Both the position numbers and the translations under genes were made by a program. 25,922 nt of DNA, from positions 1-25,922 of the forward strand of contig DATKUX010000180.1 in NCBI GenBank assembly GCA_035530395.1, in the 5' to 3' direction. The stretch is from Spirochaetia bacterium. GTDB taxonomy: Bacteria > Bacillota > Desulfotomaculia > Desulfotomaculales > JAJYZD01. Under the pieces are notes generated by a model. The model had not been told where the DNA came from. It made no database searches and worked only from the letters and a program-made list of their open reading frames with translations. Of this stretch, positions 9,481-17,791 are shown one piece after another; position 1 is the stretch's first letter, and every line of letters begins with the position of its first letter.

Positions 9481-9570
9481 CTACCTCGTGGATAAGGACA
9501 GGAAAAGGGGAACTATTGCCGAATTTCTCTCTTCAAGAGCCGGCACAAAAAGAGAGGCACACGTAAACAC

Positions 9571-10380
9571 ATGGCTGCAATATCCTGGCAAGAACGCCGG
9601 GTCCGCTACCTGCTGCTGACTCTTTTTCTCCTCGCCGCCGGCCTGGGTCTGGGCGGGCCTGGTTGCGCGCCCCTGCCGGGGCGGACGGAGTCCCTGACCC
9701 AGCTCAAGCCACCCTCCGACACGGATGCCGGTCCGGTCAAGGTGGTTTTCCACCTGCCCGTATCGCAACCGGCCGTCTTCCTGACCATCGACGACGGCTG
9801 GTACCCCGATTCCACCGTTCTCGGCCTCATGCAGACATATCATCTGCCGCTTACCGCCTTTTTAATTGAGAAGGCCATGCAGGATCACCCCGCCTACTGG
9901 CGGCAATTCGTGCAGGCCGGAGGCCACATCGAGGACCACACTTACGACCACCCCTTCCTGACCCGCATAGCCGCCCAAAAGCAGTACCAGGAAATCGCCT
10001 GGCCCCTGGACTATTTCAGCCGCTACGTTCCCCGGCCCGATGAGTTGCGCCCCCCTTACGGGGATTACAACGCCGCCGTGGGGATGGCCGCCCAAAAAGC
10101 CGGCATAAAATACGTCGTGATGTGGGATGCCGAAATAAGCCACGATCACCTGTACACCCTGCATAACCGCCCGCTTCAGCCGGGAGACATCGTCCTCCTG
10201 CACTGGGTGCCGGGCCTGGGACGGGAAATTAGTGACCTTTTGCCCATCCTGCAACGGGAAAAACTGGGCGTGGCCGATCTGACCCAGGCCCTGGCCGGCG
10301 GACCGCTGACCGTAACCTACTTGCCACCGCCACCCGGCCAGTCGACAGCCACCCAGGTCTATAAAAAGAGCGTTAAATAG
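9571..10380 (+). CDS. secreted polysaccharide deacetylase (NodB homology domain), paralog 1
   Basis: N-terminal signal-like segment (LLLTLFLLAAGLGLGGPGC) and NodB motifs TIDDGW, HTYDHP, LRPPYG, IVLLHW. Confidence 0.85.
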   Translation: MAAISWQERRVRYLLLTLFLLAAGLGLGGPGCAPLPGRTESLTQLKPPSDTDAGPVKVVFHLPVSQPAVFLTIDDGWYPDSTVLGLMQTYHLPLTAFLIEKAMQDHPAYWRQFVQAGGHIEDHTYDHPFLTRIAAQKQYQEIAWPLDYFSRYVPRPDELRPPYGDYNAAVGMAAQKAGIKYVVMWDAEISHDHLYTLHNRPLQPGDIVLLHWVPGLGREISDLLPILQREKLGVADLTQALAGGPLTVTYLPPPPGQSTATQVYKKSVK

Positions 10381-10487
10381 CGGGCGCCTGACCGGGCAGG
10401 AAAAGCGACAGCGACCGCGAATCTATGTAGGATCATCTTACCGGACGCCATAGGCGGCCGGAACCCGGCATGAAGGGATAAGTTCTT

Positions 10488-11459
10488 GTGGCAGAGGAGA
10501 AAAAACCCCGGTCCGGTTTGGCCAGGGTGTTTGGTAACTGGTTCGTCAGATATACGGTGTTGCTCGTAGCCATTCTCTTTTCCGGCTACGCCCTGGCCCA
10601 GGCCTATAACTGGGGTAAACCGCCGGCCGGAGAGCCACCGGACATATCGCCCGCAGTCGTGGGAACGGTTTACCAGTCCACGCCTGCGGTCACAGAGACC
10701 GAGACGGATCCCAACCCCGTCGCGGCCAAACCACCGCAGAGACCGGTGCCCCCCGGACCGGCGGCGCCCGTGGTGTGGAGTGTACCCCTAAACCAACGGG
10801 CGGTGTTCATCACCATCGACGACGGCTGGTTCCCCAGCCAGGGAGTTCTGGCCCTGATGCAGCAATACCACCTGCCCGTCACGGCTTTTCTCATTCAGAA
10901 GGCGGCGGCGGAACATGCGGCCTACTGGCAGGAATTTCTTAAAGCGGGGGGGCAGATCGAGGACCACACCTATTCACACCCGTTCCTCACTCGCATTCCC
11001 GAAAGCCAGGACCTGACCCAGATTGCCGACCCGGTCAACTACTTTAAAACTTTGGGAGCATCCCCGGACGAACTGCGTCCGCCCTACGGCGACTACGACG
11101 CGGTTGTGCAGAAGGTAGCGGCCCAAGCCGGTATCAAGTATGTGGTGATGTGGGACGCGGTCATGACCGGCGGCAAACTCACCACTGCAAACGGCCGGCC
11201 CCTGGCCCCCGGCGACATCATCCTCCTGCACTGGGTCCCCGGTCTGGACGGCAACCTGGTCACCCTGCTCCATATGCTGCAGCAGCAGAATCTGGGCGTG
11301 GCCAGCCTGGGCGACGCTCTGGACGGCCGGCCGGTACGGATAACCTGGCTGCACGAAAAAGGGGCGGTGAAGACTCAGTCCCCACCCGCCGCAACGTCGA
11401 CCTCGGTTTATAGTAACGTGTACACCCGGCCACAGCCGGCACCCAAGCCCAAGCCCTGA
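10488..11459 (+). CDS. membrane-anchored polysaccharide deacetylase (NodB homology domain), paralog 2
   Basis: GTG start with a GAAGGGA RBS. It has an N-terminal TM helix (YTVLLVAILFSGYALAQAY), a Pro-rich linker, and NodB motifs TIDDGW, HTYSHP, LRPPYG, IILLHW. The catalytic domain is collinear with paralog 1. Confidence 0.85.
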   Translation: MAEEKKPRSGLARVFGNWFVRYTVLLVAILFSGYALAQAYNWGKPPAGEPPDISPAVVGTVYQSTPAVTETETDPNPVAAKPPQRPVPPGPAAPVVWSVPLNQRAVFITIDDGWFPSQGVLALMQQYHLPVTAFLIQKAAAEHAAYWQEFLKAGGQIEDHTYSHPFLTRIPESQDLTQIADPVNYFKTLGASPDELRPPYGDYDAVVQKVAAQAGIKYVVMWDAVMTGGKLTTANGRPLAPGDIILLHWVPGLDGNLVTLLHMLQQQNLGVASLGDALDGRPVRITWLHEKGAVKTQSPPAATSTSVYSNVYTRPQPAPKPKP

Positions 11460-12035
11460 ACGGCCGTAACCGGTACCTTTTAACGCCGTCAGATATTCCC
11501 CGGCCAGGCGGCGGCCGATTGCAGTGAGCATCCATTCTTCCACCGAGGCGTTCAATCTCTGCCAGTACTCTTTCGGATCCAACCGGAAGCGGATGCTGTC
11601 GACCATGAAACCCTCCGCAGTGAAGCGCCACAGTTTATCGGCGTCCTTGACCAGGGCATCGTTTAGGGATACGGCCGTGAGCCCCGAATCATGGTTCCCG
11701 ACGATAGCCAGGATCTCCTGCCACCAGCGCCCTGGATAGCCGCTCGCGCACAGGATTTCCCTGGCCAAACGCACTCCCTCGACTTCATGAACCCTGTTCA
11801 GCCCTTTGTCCGATCCAGGCCCAAAGGCCTTCAACTGGAGATCCTCGGGCACGCACGACCATCCCACGTCATGCAGGATAACGGCAGGGATGACCACTTC
11901 CGCCTGGCCTCCTTCCTCCGCCAGCAGGGCGCGGGCGAAGTCCAGGGCTATCCCGGTATGCAGGCGGTTGGCCCGGGTGGCGAGGTAGGGCAGGGCCAGC
12001 TCCATAATGCGCGGCCAGAGACTTTCCGCAACCAT
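10974..12035 (-). CDS. HD-domain metal-dependent phosphohydrolase, paralog 1; conserved 192-aa core (11460-12035) plus a 162-codon read-through tail antisense to the deacetylase gene
   Basis: The core is collinear with the 191-aa paralog (H...HD...HD...D: LHT, LHDVGW, NHDSG, KDADKL). At the position of the paralog's TAA stop this copy has TCA (11457-11459), and the frame stays open to 10974. Confidence 0.75.
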   Translation of the reverse strand: MVAESLWPRIMELALPYLATRANRLHTGIALDFARALLAEEGGQAEVVIPAVILHDVGWSCVPEDLQLKAFGPGSDKGLNRVHEVEGVRLAREILCASGYPGRWWQEILAIVGNHDSGLTAVSLNDALVKDADKLWRFTAEGFMVDSIRFRLDPKEYWQRLNASVEEWMLTAIGRRLAGEYLTALKGTGYGRSGLGLGCRLWPGVHVTINRGRRCGGWGLSLHRPFFVQPGYPYRPAVQSVAQAGHAQILLLQHMEQGDQVAVQTGDPVQEDDVAGGQGPAVCSGEFAAGHDRVPHHHILDTGLGRYLLHNRVVVAVGRTQFVRGCSQSFKVVDRVGNLGQVLAFGNASEERV

Positions 12036-12628
12036 TTTAGCCTACCTTCCTGTTACCGGCCGTCACCGGTTTGCTGCAACCGGGCCAGGCACTCGCCGGC
12101 CAGGCGCCGGCCGCTTGGCGTCAGCAGCCACTTTTCCACCCGGGAGTTCAAAGCCCGCCAGTTGCTGGCGGGATCCAACCGGAGGCGGGTGGCGGCAAAG
12201 GCAAAACCATCCTCCGAAAAGCGCCACAGTTTGTCGGCGTCCTTGACCAGGGCATCATTGAGGGACAACGCCGTCCGCCCCGAGTCATGCTGGTCGATGA
12301 TGGCCAGGATGTCCGGCCACCAGGCTTCCGGATAACCGCTTCGGGTCAGGATTTCCCGGGCCAAACGCACGCCCTCCACTTCGTGGATGCGGTTGAGGCC
12401 GCGGTCGGCCTGCGGTCCGAAGGCCTTCAACTGCAGTTCCTCGGGCATGCACGACCAGCCCACGTCATGCAGGGTGACGGCGGGTATGACCACTTCCGGC
12501 CGACCTCCTTCCTCCGCCAGCAGGGTGCGGGCGAAGTCCAGGGCTATCTCGGTATGCCGTTGGTTGCCCCGGGTAGCGAGGTAGGGGAGGGCCAGTTCCA
12601 TAATTCGCGGCCACAGAGTTTCTTCCAT
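11460..12628. repeat. tandem direct duplication of the HD phosphohydrolase gene (two ~576-bp units, 17-bp spacer)
   Basis: The two proteins align without internal gaps, with one extra residue at the paralog-1 N-terminus. By eye the majority of residues are identical. The DNA also shows long identical runs (e.g. GACGCCGACAAACTGTGGCGCTT region). Confidence 0.8.
12053..12628 (-). CDS. HD-domain metal-dependent phosphohydrolase, paralog 2
   Basis: 191 aa with motifs RHTEIAL, LHDVGW, QHDSG, KDADKL. The ATG is 4 nt after the HAD stop. Confidence 0.85.
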   Translation of the reverse strand: MEETLWPRIMELALPYLATRGNQRHTEIALDFARTLLAEEGGRPEVVIPAVTLHDVGWSCMPEELQLKAFGPQADRGLNRIHEVEGVRLAREILTRSGYPEAWWPDILAIIDQHDSGRTALSLNDALVKDADKLWRFSEDGFAFAATRLRLDPASNWRALNSRVEKWLLTPSGRRLAGECLARLQQTGDGR

Positions 12629-12632
12629 CGTC

Positions 12633-13283
12633 TCAGCTCCCAGGCAGGAAATCCTTGAGTTCCAACAGGGAGGACAGCCAATAATCCGGATGGGCGGCCA
12701 GGAGTTCTCCCGTTCCCGTCTCCCCTCCCGCCACTATGGCCACCCTTACCCCGGCGGAGCGGGAGGCCAGGATGTCGGTAATGCTGTCGCCGACGAACAG
12801 CGCTTCGTTTGTACCGGCCTTCAAGCCGGCAAGACATTTCGTTATGCCCTCGCCTTCGGGTTTCATGAGGGTCACATCGTTGCGCGTCAGGAGGAGGGAG
12901 AAATAAGCGCGCAGTCCGAACCGGTCCATGACTTGGGAGACGGCTGCCCGGCCCACGTTGGTCACCAGTCCCGCCGGCACGGCTGTTTCCCGGAGAAACG
13001 TCAGCAATTCACGGGCTCCCGGCCGGGGCGACCAGCGGGTAAGGGCATCGAGATCGTAGCGGTCATAGATGGCCGTCAGACGTTCCCGCCAACCCGGCCG
13101 TATGCCGGGCGACGCCATGGTAACGGCTGTGTTCCACATCCGGGCGTAATTGGCGGCCGGGAAAAGGGAAGCCGGGAAGCCCCACTCCTCCAGGGCTGTT
13201 CTCAGCTCCCTTTCTCCTGCCTGCAAGTTCCACTGAAAGTCGACGAGCGTACCTTCCAGGTCGAATAAGACCGCCTTAATCAT
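12633..13283 (-). CDS. HAD-superfamily hydrolase (subfamily IA-like phosphatase)
   Basis: 216 aa with GGAGGGAAG RBS. Motif I is FDLEGTLVDF (D-x-E variant), with motif II VTN and motif IV GDSITD. Confidence 0.85.
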   Translation of the reverse strand: MIKAVLFDLEGTLVDFQWNLQAGERELRTALEEWGFPASLFPAANYARMWNTAVTMASPGIRPGWRERLTAIYDRYDLDALTRWSPRPGARELLTFLRETAVPAGLVTNVGRAAVSQVMDRFGLRAYFSLLLTRNDVTLMKPEGEGITKCLAGLKAGTNEALFVGDSITDILASRSAGVRVAIVAGGETGTGELLAAHPDYWLSSLLELKDFLPGS

Positions 13284-13318
13284 CGGTGCTTCCCTCCGGA
13301 TTGAACCATGGCCCGTAG

Positions 13319-14983
13319 TTAAAGCGACGGGATGCTACTTTCGGCCCGGTCGATCTCTGTTTCCAATTGTTCTCTGAGAACCTTTTTGTTCACCTTGCCG
13401 GAATCACCCACCACCGGCAGGCCGTCGACGACTTCCAGGCGCTCCGGCAGCTTGAAGGAAGCCAGCTTTTTCTCCTGCAGAAACTCCTTTGCTTCGGCAA
13501 GGGTGAAGGTTTGGCCGGGCCTGGGTACGACAAAGGCACAGGCCCGCTCCCCGAGTTCGCGGTCCGGGAAACCGACTACCACCACCAGCTTTATCTTCGG
13601 GTGCTCCTGCAACAGGCCCTCGATCTCCGCCGGGTAAATATTCTGGCCGCCCCGGATGATCATGTCCTTGGTCCGGCCCATGATCCAGAGACATCCCTCA
13701 TCCCATTTCACGGTGTCACCGGTGGTCGTCCAACCTTCGGGGTTGAAAACAGCGGCCGTGCTTTCCGGCTCCCGGTAGTAGCCGGCCGGCGAATGCGGAC
13801 CCCGGAACCAGAGCTGGCCGGGATCGCTTTCCGTAACCTCGTTTCCGTGTTCATCCAGCAGCCGGACGGCATTGCCCGGCAGGGGCCGTCCCACGGTCCT
13901 CCTTCGCAGGTCGGCCGGGTCATCCACCCGGCAGCCGGAGACGGAGCCCACATCCTGGGTGCCGAGGTCACTCGTTATTACGCCGCCCAGGCGCCTTTCC
14001 GCCTCCTGCGCCACATCCGGGGGCAGGTAACCGCCGGCCGAACGGATGAAACGCAACGAGAGGTCGTATTCCTCCACCGGTTGCTCCAGCATGCGGACCA
14101 GATGGGTGGGAACCACCCCGATGCAGGTGGCTTTCTCTTTGGTGATCAGATTGAGCGCTCTTACGGCTGTAAATTCCTCCAGGAGAACGGTCCTGGCCCC
14201 GACCAAAGGGGCCGCGAAGTAGGTGAGCGTGCCGGCGGCCCCGCCGGCGAAAGGGGCGATGGCCGCCGCGGTATCCCCCGGTCCCAGGTTCCAGATATCC
14301 ACCCGGGCCTTGGCCGTGCACAGACGCGGGGCGATGTTCCACTCCACCAGCTTGGGCAGACCGGTCGTGCCGCTGGTGCTGGTCAGAAAGGCCACTTCCC
14401 GGAAGGGATCGAAGCGGCGCTCTTCCAGGATCCGCAGTTTCTCCGCCGCCACCGGATCCCGGGTGAGCTTCATCAGGGAGTAGGTATCCCCGGGGCCTCC
14501 GGACGGCACGTCCTCGCTGAGCAGGAAGGTGTAGCGGAAGTTGGGGGAGAACTTCCTCAGACTCCCGTACATCGCCAGGTAATCGAAATCACGGTAGGTA
14601 TGGGGAATGACGACCGCCGAGACGGCCATCTTCTCCACCATGTAGGATAGTTCTTTCTCCCGCATGTAGGCGTAGACCAACAGGGAGATCAGGCCGGCCC
14701 GTTCGGCGGCCATGCGCGCCAGAAAGGCATACACCTCGTTGGGAGCCTGGATGAGGATGCGGTCGCTCTTCTTTAGACCCATCTCCACCCAGCGGTAGGC
14801 CAGGCGGTCCACCAGATCCCTGGCCTGGGCCCAGGTCAGCCGGTACCGGGAGTCCACCACGGCTTCCTTGTCCGGCATTTCCCGGGCGTTTTGGGCCCAG
14901 AAATCGTAGAACGTTTCGGACGTCCAGTAACCCTTATCCCTGAACTCGTCGATTACTTCGTCTGTGTACCGGATAACTCGCAT
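13319..14983 (-). CDS. aryl-acid--CoA ligase (AMP-forming; EntE/DhbE- and aromatic/alicyclic acid-CoA ligase-like)
   Basis: AMP-binding motif TSTSGTTGLPKL. The N-terminus YTDEVIDEFRDKGYWTSETF resembles aryl-acid adenylating enzymes. C-terminal motifs GDT...RTKDMIIRGGQNIYP and FKLPERLEVVDGLPVVGDSGKVNKK. The ATG at 14983 (GGGGTGGTG RBS, 21 nt after the UbiD stop) is preferred over the TTG at 15001. Confidence 0.85.
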   Translation of the reverse strand: MRVIRYTDEVIDEFRDKGYWTSETFYDFWAQNAREMPDKEAVVDSRYRLTWAQARDLVDRLAYRWVEMGLKKSDRILIQAPNEVYAFLARMAAERAGLISLLVYAYMREKELSYMVEKMAVSAVVIPHTYRDFDYLAMYGSLRKFSPNFRYTFLLSEDVPSGGPGDTYSLMKLTRDPVAAEKLRILEERRFDPFREVAFLTSTSGTTGLPKLVEWNIAPRLCTAKARVDIWNLGPGDTAAAIAPFAGGAAGTLTYFAAPLVGARTVLLEEFTAVRALNLITKEKATCIGVVPTHLVRMLEQPVEEYDLSLRFIRSAGGYLPPDVAQEAERRLGGVITSDLGTQDVGSVSGCRVDDPADLRRRTVGRPLPGNAVRLLDEHGNEVTESDPGQLWFRGPHSPAGYYREPESTAAVFNPEGWTTTGDTVKWDEGCLWIMGRTKDMIIRGGQNIYPAEIEGLLQEHPKIKLVVVVGFPDRELGERACAFVVPRPGQTFTLAEAKEFLQEKKLASFKLPERLEVVDGLPVVGDSGKVNKKVLREQLETEIDRAESSIPSL

Positions 14984-15004
14984 CTGTCCGCACCACCCCA
15001 ACCC

Positions 15005-16423
15005 TTAATCAAGTCCCAACTCACTCCAGCGGGCCCGCACCTTCTTGACTATTTCCTCATCCAGGAAGATTTCGTCCGGTTTGCGGTCCCACTCGTAAGG
15101 AATGGTCGCGTCCATGATGATCTTGGAACCGATGTCCCGCGCCGTGATGGGCAGGGCGGGATCAAGGGGCGTCGAACGGGCCCGCTTGATGATCTCCGTG
15201 CTCCGGTTCGGGTCGTAGCGCACGGCCAGGGCCCACAACACTTTGTCCAGGTCGTCGGCCGGAATGTCCTCGTCGACGATGATGGTACCCTTCATCCCGT
15301 AGTGGCCCGTCGTGGACCCGTGCACCGCCATGCCGACATGCATGGAATGGCCGGGATACATCGTCTTCACGGAGACGATGCTCCAGAACCGGCCGCCCAT
15401 CTGGGGCGGCAGGTAGACCGACTTGATCCCCGGCACGCCCGCCGCCAGCAGGTCGGTCCAGAGAGTGGCCGTCCTGTTCAGGGACTGGATCATGTGGGTA
15501 TCGGTGATCGGCTTGCCCACCGTGGTCGACCAGAAAACGGGCTTCTCACGCCGCCATACCCGCTGCACGTGCAGGACTTGTTTGGGCCATTCCTCGCCGG
15601 TCTTGCCGGAATAGTAGCCGGTGTACTCGCCGAAGGGCCCCTCTTCCCGCAGGTCGTTGGGGTCGATATAACCATCCAGGATGATTTCGGCATGGGCGGG
15701 CAGGGGCAGGCCGCTCACGTCGCTGGTGAAGACCTCCACGGGCTCTCCCCTTAGGGCACCGATGACGTCGTACTCATCGACCTGCTGCTGGATGAAGGTG
15801 CTGGACACCAGGAAGTGCAAGGGATCGCAGCCGATCACGGCCGCGGCGGGCATCAGCTTCCCCGCCTTCTGGTACTGTTTGAAATGGAAGTCGGCATGCT
15901 TGCCCTTGATGATCTGAACTCCCACATGGTTCCTGTCGTGGACCATCATCCGGTACGTTCCCAGGTTGACCCATCCCGTTTCCAAATCGCGGCTGACCAG
16001 GTAGACCGCCGTGCCGATGAACCGGCCGCCATCCTGGGGATAGAAAAAGGGCACGGGAAAATCCCTCAGGACGTCGACGTCGCCTTCGTCGACCACCTTT
16101 TCGCAGACCGGACCGGAATCCACCCGGACGGGTTTGATCAACCCTTTCCGCGTGGTCTCGACCCAGGTTCTGGCCATTTCGCACATGGAATAGTCCGTGG
16201 GCATGCCCAGAGTGATGGCCAGCCTTTTGTCCGTGGTCATGGAGGACGTCAGCACCGGTATGTCATAGCCCTTGACGTTCTCGAAAAGGAGGGCCGGGCC
16301 TTTTTTTTCCTCGTTGAGCTTGGCGATATGCGCGAGTTCAAGGTTCCAGTCCACTTCGGCGGAGATCCTTTTGAGCTCCCCTTCCTGTTCGCACTTATCG
16401 ATCCATTCCCGCATACTTTTCAT
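15005..16423 (-). CDS. UbiD-family (prFMN-dependent) aromatic (de)carboxylase; candidate phenylphosphate/phenol-type carboxylase catalytic subunit
   Basis: ~472 aa. UbiD hallmarks: N-terminus MKSMREWIDKCEQEGELKRI, then WVNLGTYRMMV and GPFGEYTGYYSG. The ATG at 16423 is preceded by an AAGGGGG RBS. The 6-codon extension in the track contains that RBS. Confidence 0.9.
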   Translation of the reverse strand: MKSMREWIDKCEQEGELKRISAEVDWNLELAHIAKLNEEKKGPALLFENVKGYDIPVLTSSMTTDKRLAITLGMPTDYSMCEMARTWVETTRKGLIKPVRVDSGPVCEKVVDEGDVDVLRDFPVPFFYPQDGGRFIGTAVYLVSRDLETGWVNLGTYRMMVHDRNHVGVQIIKGKHADFHFKQYQKAGKLMPAAAVIGCDPLHFLVSSTFIQQQVDEYDVIGALRGEPVEVFTSDVSGLPLPAHAEIILDGYIDPNDLREEGPFGEYTGYYSGKTGEEWPKQVLHVQRVWRREKPVFWSTTVGKPITDTHMIQSLNRTATLWTDLLAAGVPGIKSVYLPPQMGGRFWSIVSVKTMYPGHSMHVGMAVHGSTTGHYGMKGTIIVDEDIPADDLDKVLWALAVRYDPNRSTEIIKRARSTPLDPALPITARDIGSKIIMDATIPYEWDRKPDEIFLDEEIVKKVRARWSELGLD

Positions 16424-16483
16424 GGTTATCCCCCTTACCATTTTGGTTTCATGACTGACGAGCGAAGATTGTTGCAGTGGGAG

Positions 16484-17557
16484 TCAACTCGTAAACAGTT
16501 TTTTCCCTGTCAGCAGGTTGCCGGCGATGAGATCGAGGGCGCTTGCTTTCGGTTGGGATAAAGGGACGTTCGGCTTCTGCGTCCAAACGGTTTCCGGCCG
16601 GGTCTGCACCAGGATGATGTTTTCCGGAAAAGCCAGGTCGGCATCAATGGCCCATTCCATGTCCTGGGGAATACCCCAATGCTTTTCCACCATCTTGCCC
16701 AGTCTGGCCAGGTGGATTATCTCTCCATCGGAGAGACAGGGCGCGTCCCGCCTCTCGGGGGGCACCTCCAGTGACTTCACGTTGCCACCCTCATCGTAGA
16801 CCAGTTCGATGGTCTTGTTACAGATTATCCGTTTGGAGATCTCCAGGGTGACCTTGTCCAGGACATACTTGTCCGGGGTAACCTGCCCGCTGACCAGGCT
16901 CTCTCCCAGGCCCCAACTGCCCTCGATAAAGATCCTGGACCGGTCGCCGTTTACCGGATCGAGGGTGAACATAACGCCGGAGGACTTTGACTTGACCATC
17001 TTGAGCACGGCCACACCGATGGGGGAACTCTCCACACGCATGCCGCGCTGCAAACGGTAGGCCATGGCCCGCCCGGTGAAGGAACTTGCCCATACCTTGA
17101 CCACATGGTCTATTACCTCCCTTTCACCCTTCACATTGAGGAAGGTATCGAACTGTCCGGGCATGCTGACGGGCCCGCTGGAGCGCACGGCGACGTCGGC
17201 CTCGGCCAGGTTGCATTTCTTGGACAGTTCGCGGTAATAGGTGAGAATGGGTTCCTTTATTCCCTCCGGCATGGGGCTTCCTTCAACCAGGTTCCGGATG
17301 TACCGGCTGGCTTCCTCGAAGAGGTTGATATCCTCTTTCAGGCGCTCCACCATAGGATCAAGGTATTCGATGATCATCCGGCCCAAACCGGTTTCCTCGA
17401 CGAACTGCTCGTACGCGTCCAGGGTGACGGCATAACCGGGAGGAACAGGCATACCGGCCCGGATCATCTCGCCCAGGTTGTAGCACTTTTTGCCGGCTGT
17501 TCTATAGTTGTCATTGGCCAGCTGTTCCAGCCAACATACATACGGCTTACCGCTCAT
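16484..17557 (-). CDS. ppsB: phenylphosphate synthase beta-like subunit (PEP synthase/PPDK N-terminal ATP-grasp domain only)
   Basis: 357 aa from the ATG at 17557 (GGGGAGGGG RBS 8 nt upstream). It has nucleotide-binding ATP-grasp motifs (GKKCYNLGEMIRAGMPVPPGYAVT, VAVRSSG) and no swivel-His or PEP-binding domains. Confidence 0.8.
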   Translation of the reverse strand: MSGKPYVCWLEQLANDNYRTAGKKCYNLGEMIRAGMPVPPGYAVTLDAYEQFVEETGLGRMIIEYLDPMVERLKEDINLFEEASRYIRNLVEGSPMPEGIKEPILTYYRELSKKCNLAEADVAVRSSGPVSMPGQFDTFLNVKGEREVIDHVVKVWASSFTGRAMAYRLQRGMRVESSPIGVAVLKMVKSKSSGVMFTLDPVNGDRSRIFIEGSWGLGESLVSGQVTPDKYVLDKVTLEISKRIICNKTIELVYDEGGNVKSLEVPPERRDAPCLSDGEIIHLARLGKMVEKHWGIPQDMEWAIDADLAFPENIILVQTRPETVWTQKPNVPLSQPKASALDLIAGNLLTGKKLFTS

Positions 17558-17706
17558 CCGAAAAACCCCTCCCCAATCTTTTTCTCCAGAGCGAACCGGG
17601 TACCAACCGAGGCGCCAAACCACTGCCCCCTGGAAGAGTGTTGAATTCTTCCGCAGTCTTGATCACTTTGACGGGCCCCCGAACCGCCTTCGGCGGACCG
17701 GCAAAC

Positions 17707-17751
17707 CCCCTTTGTTTATGGAAGCGATGTAGGGGTTGTAAAACAAAGGGG
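17707..17751. other. 11-bp perfect inverted repeat (CCCCTTTGTTT ... AAACAAAGGGG, 23-nt loop) in the 234-nt gap between the channel gene and ppsB
   Basis: Read directly from the sequence. A smaller GC hairpin, CCGCC-TTC-GGCGG, lies just downstream on the minus strand (~17682-17694). Confidence 0.3.
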
Positions 17752-17791
17752 TGCCGGTATGTTTCAACTTGAGGAACCGACGGCCTTTTAG

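Noticed and set aside
17742-17756. Sigma-54-like element in the channel-ppsB gap: the minus strand reads CGGCAC-CCCTT-TGTT.
   Set aside because: Both halves are degenerate (CGG for TGG, TGT for TGC), and it coincides with one arm of the inverted repeat.
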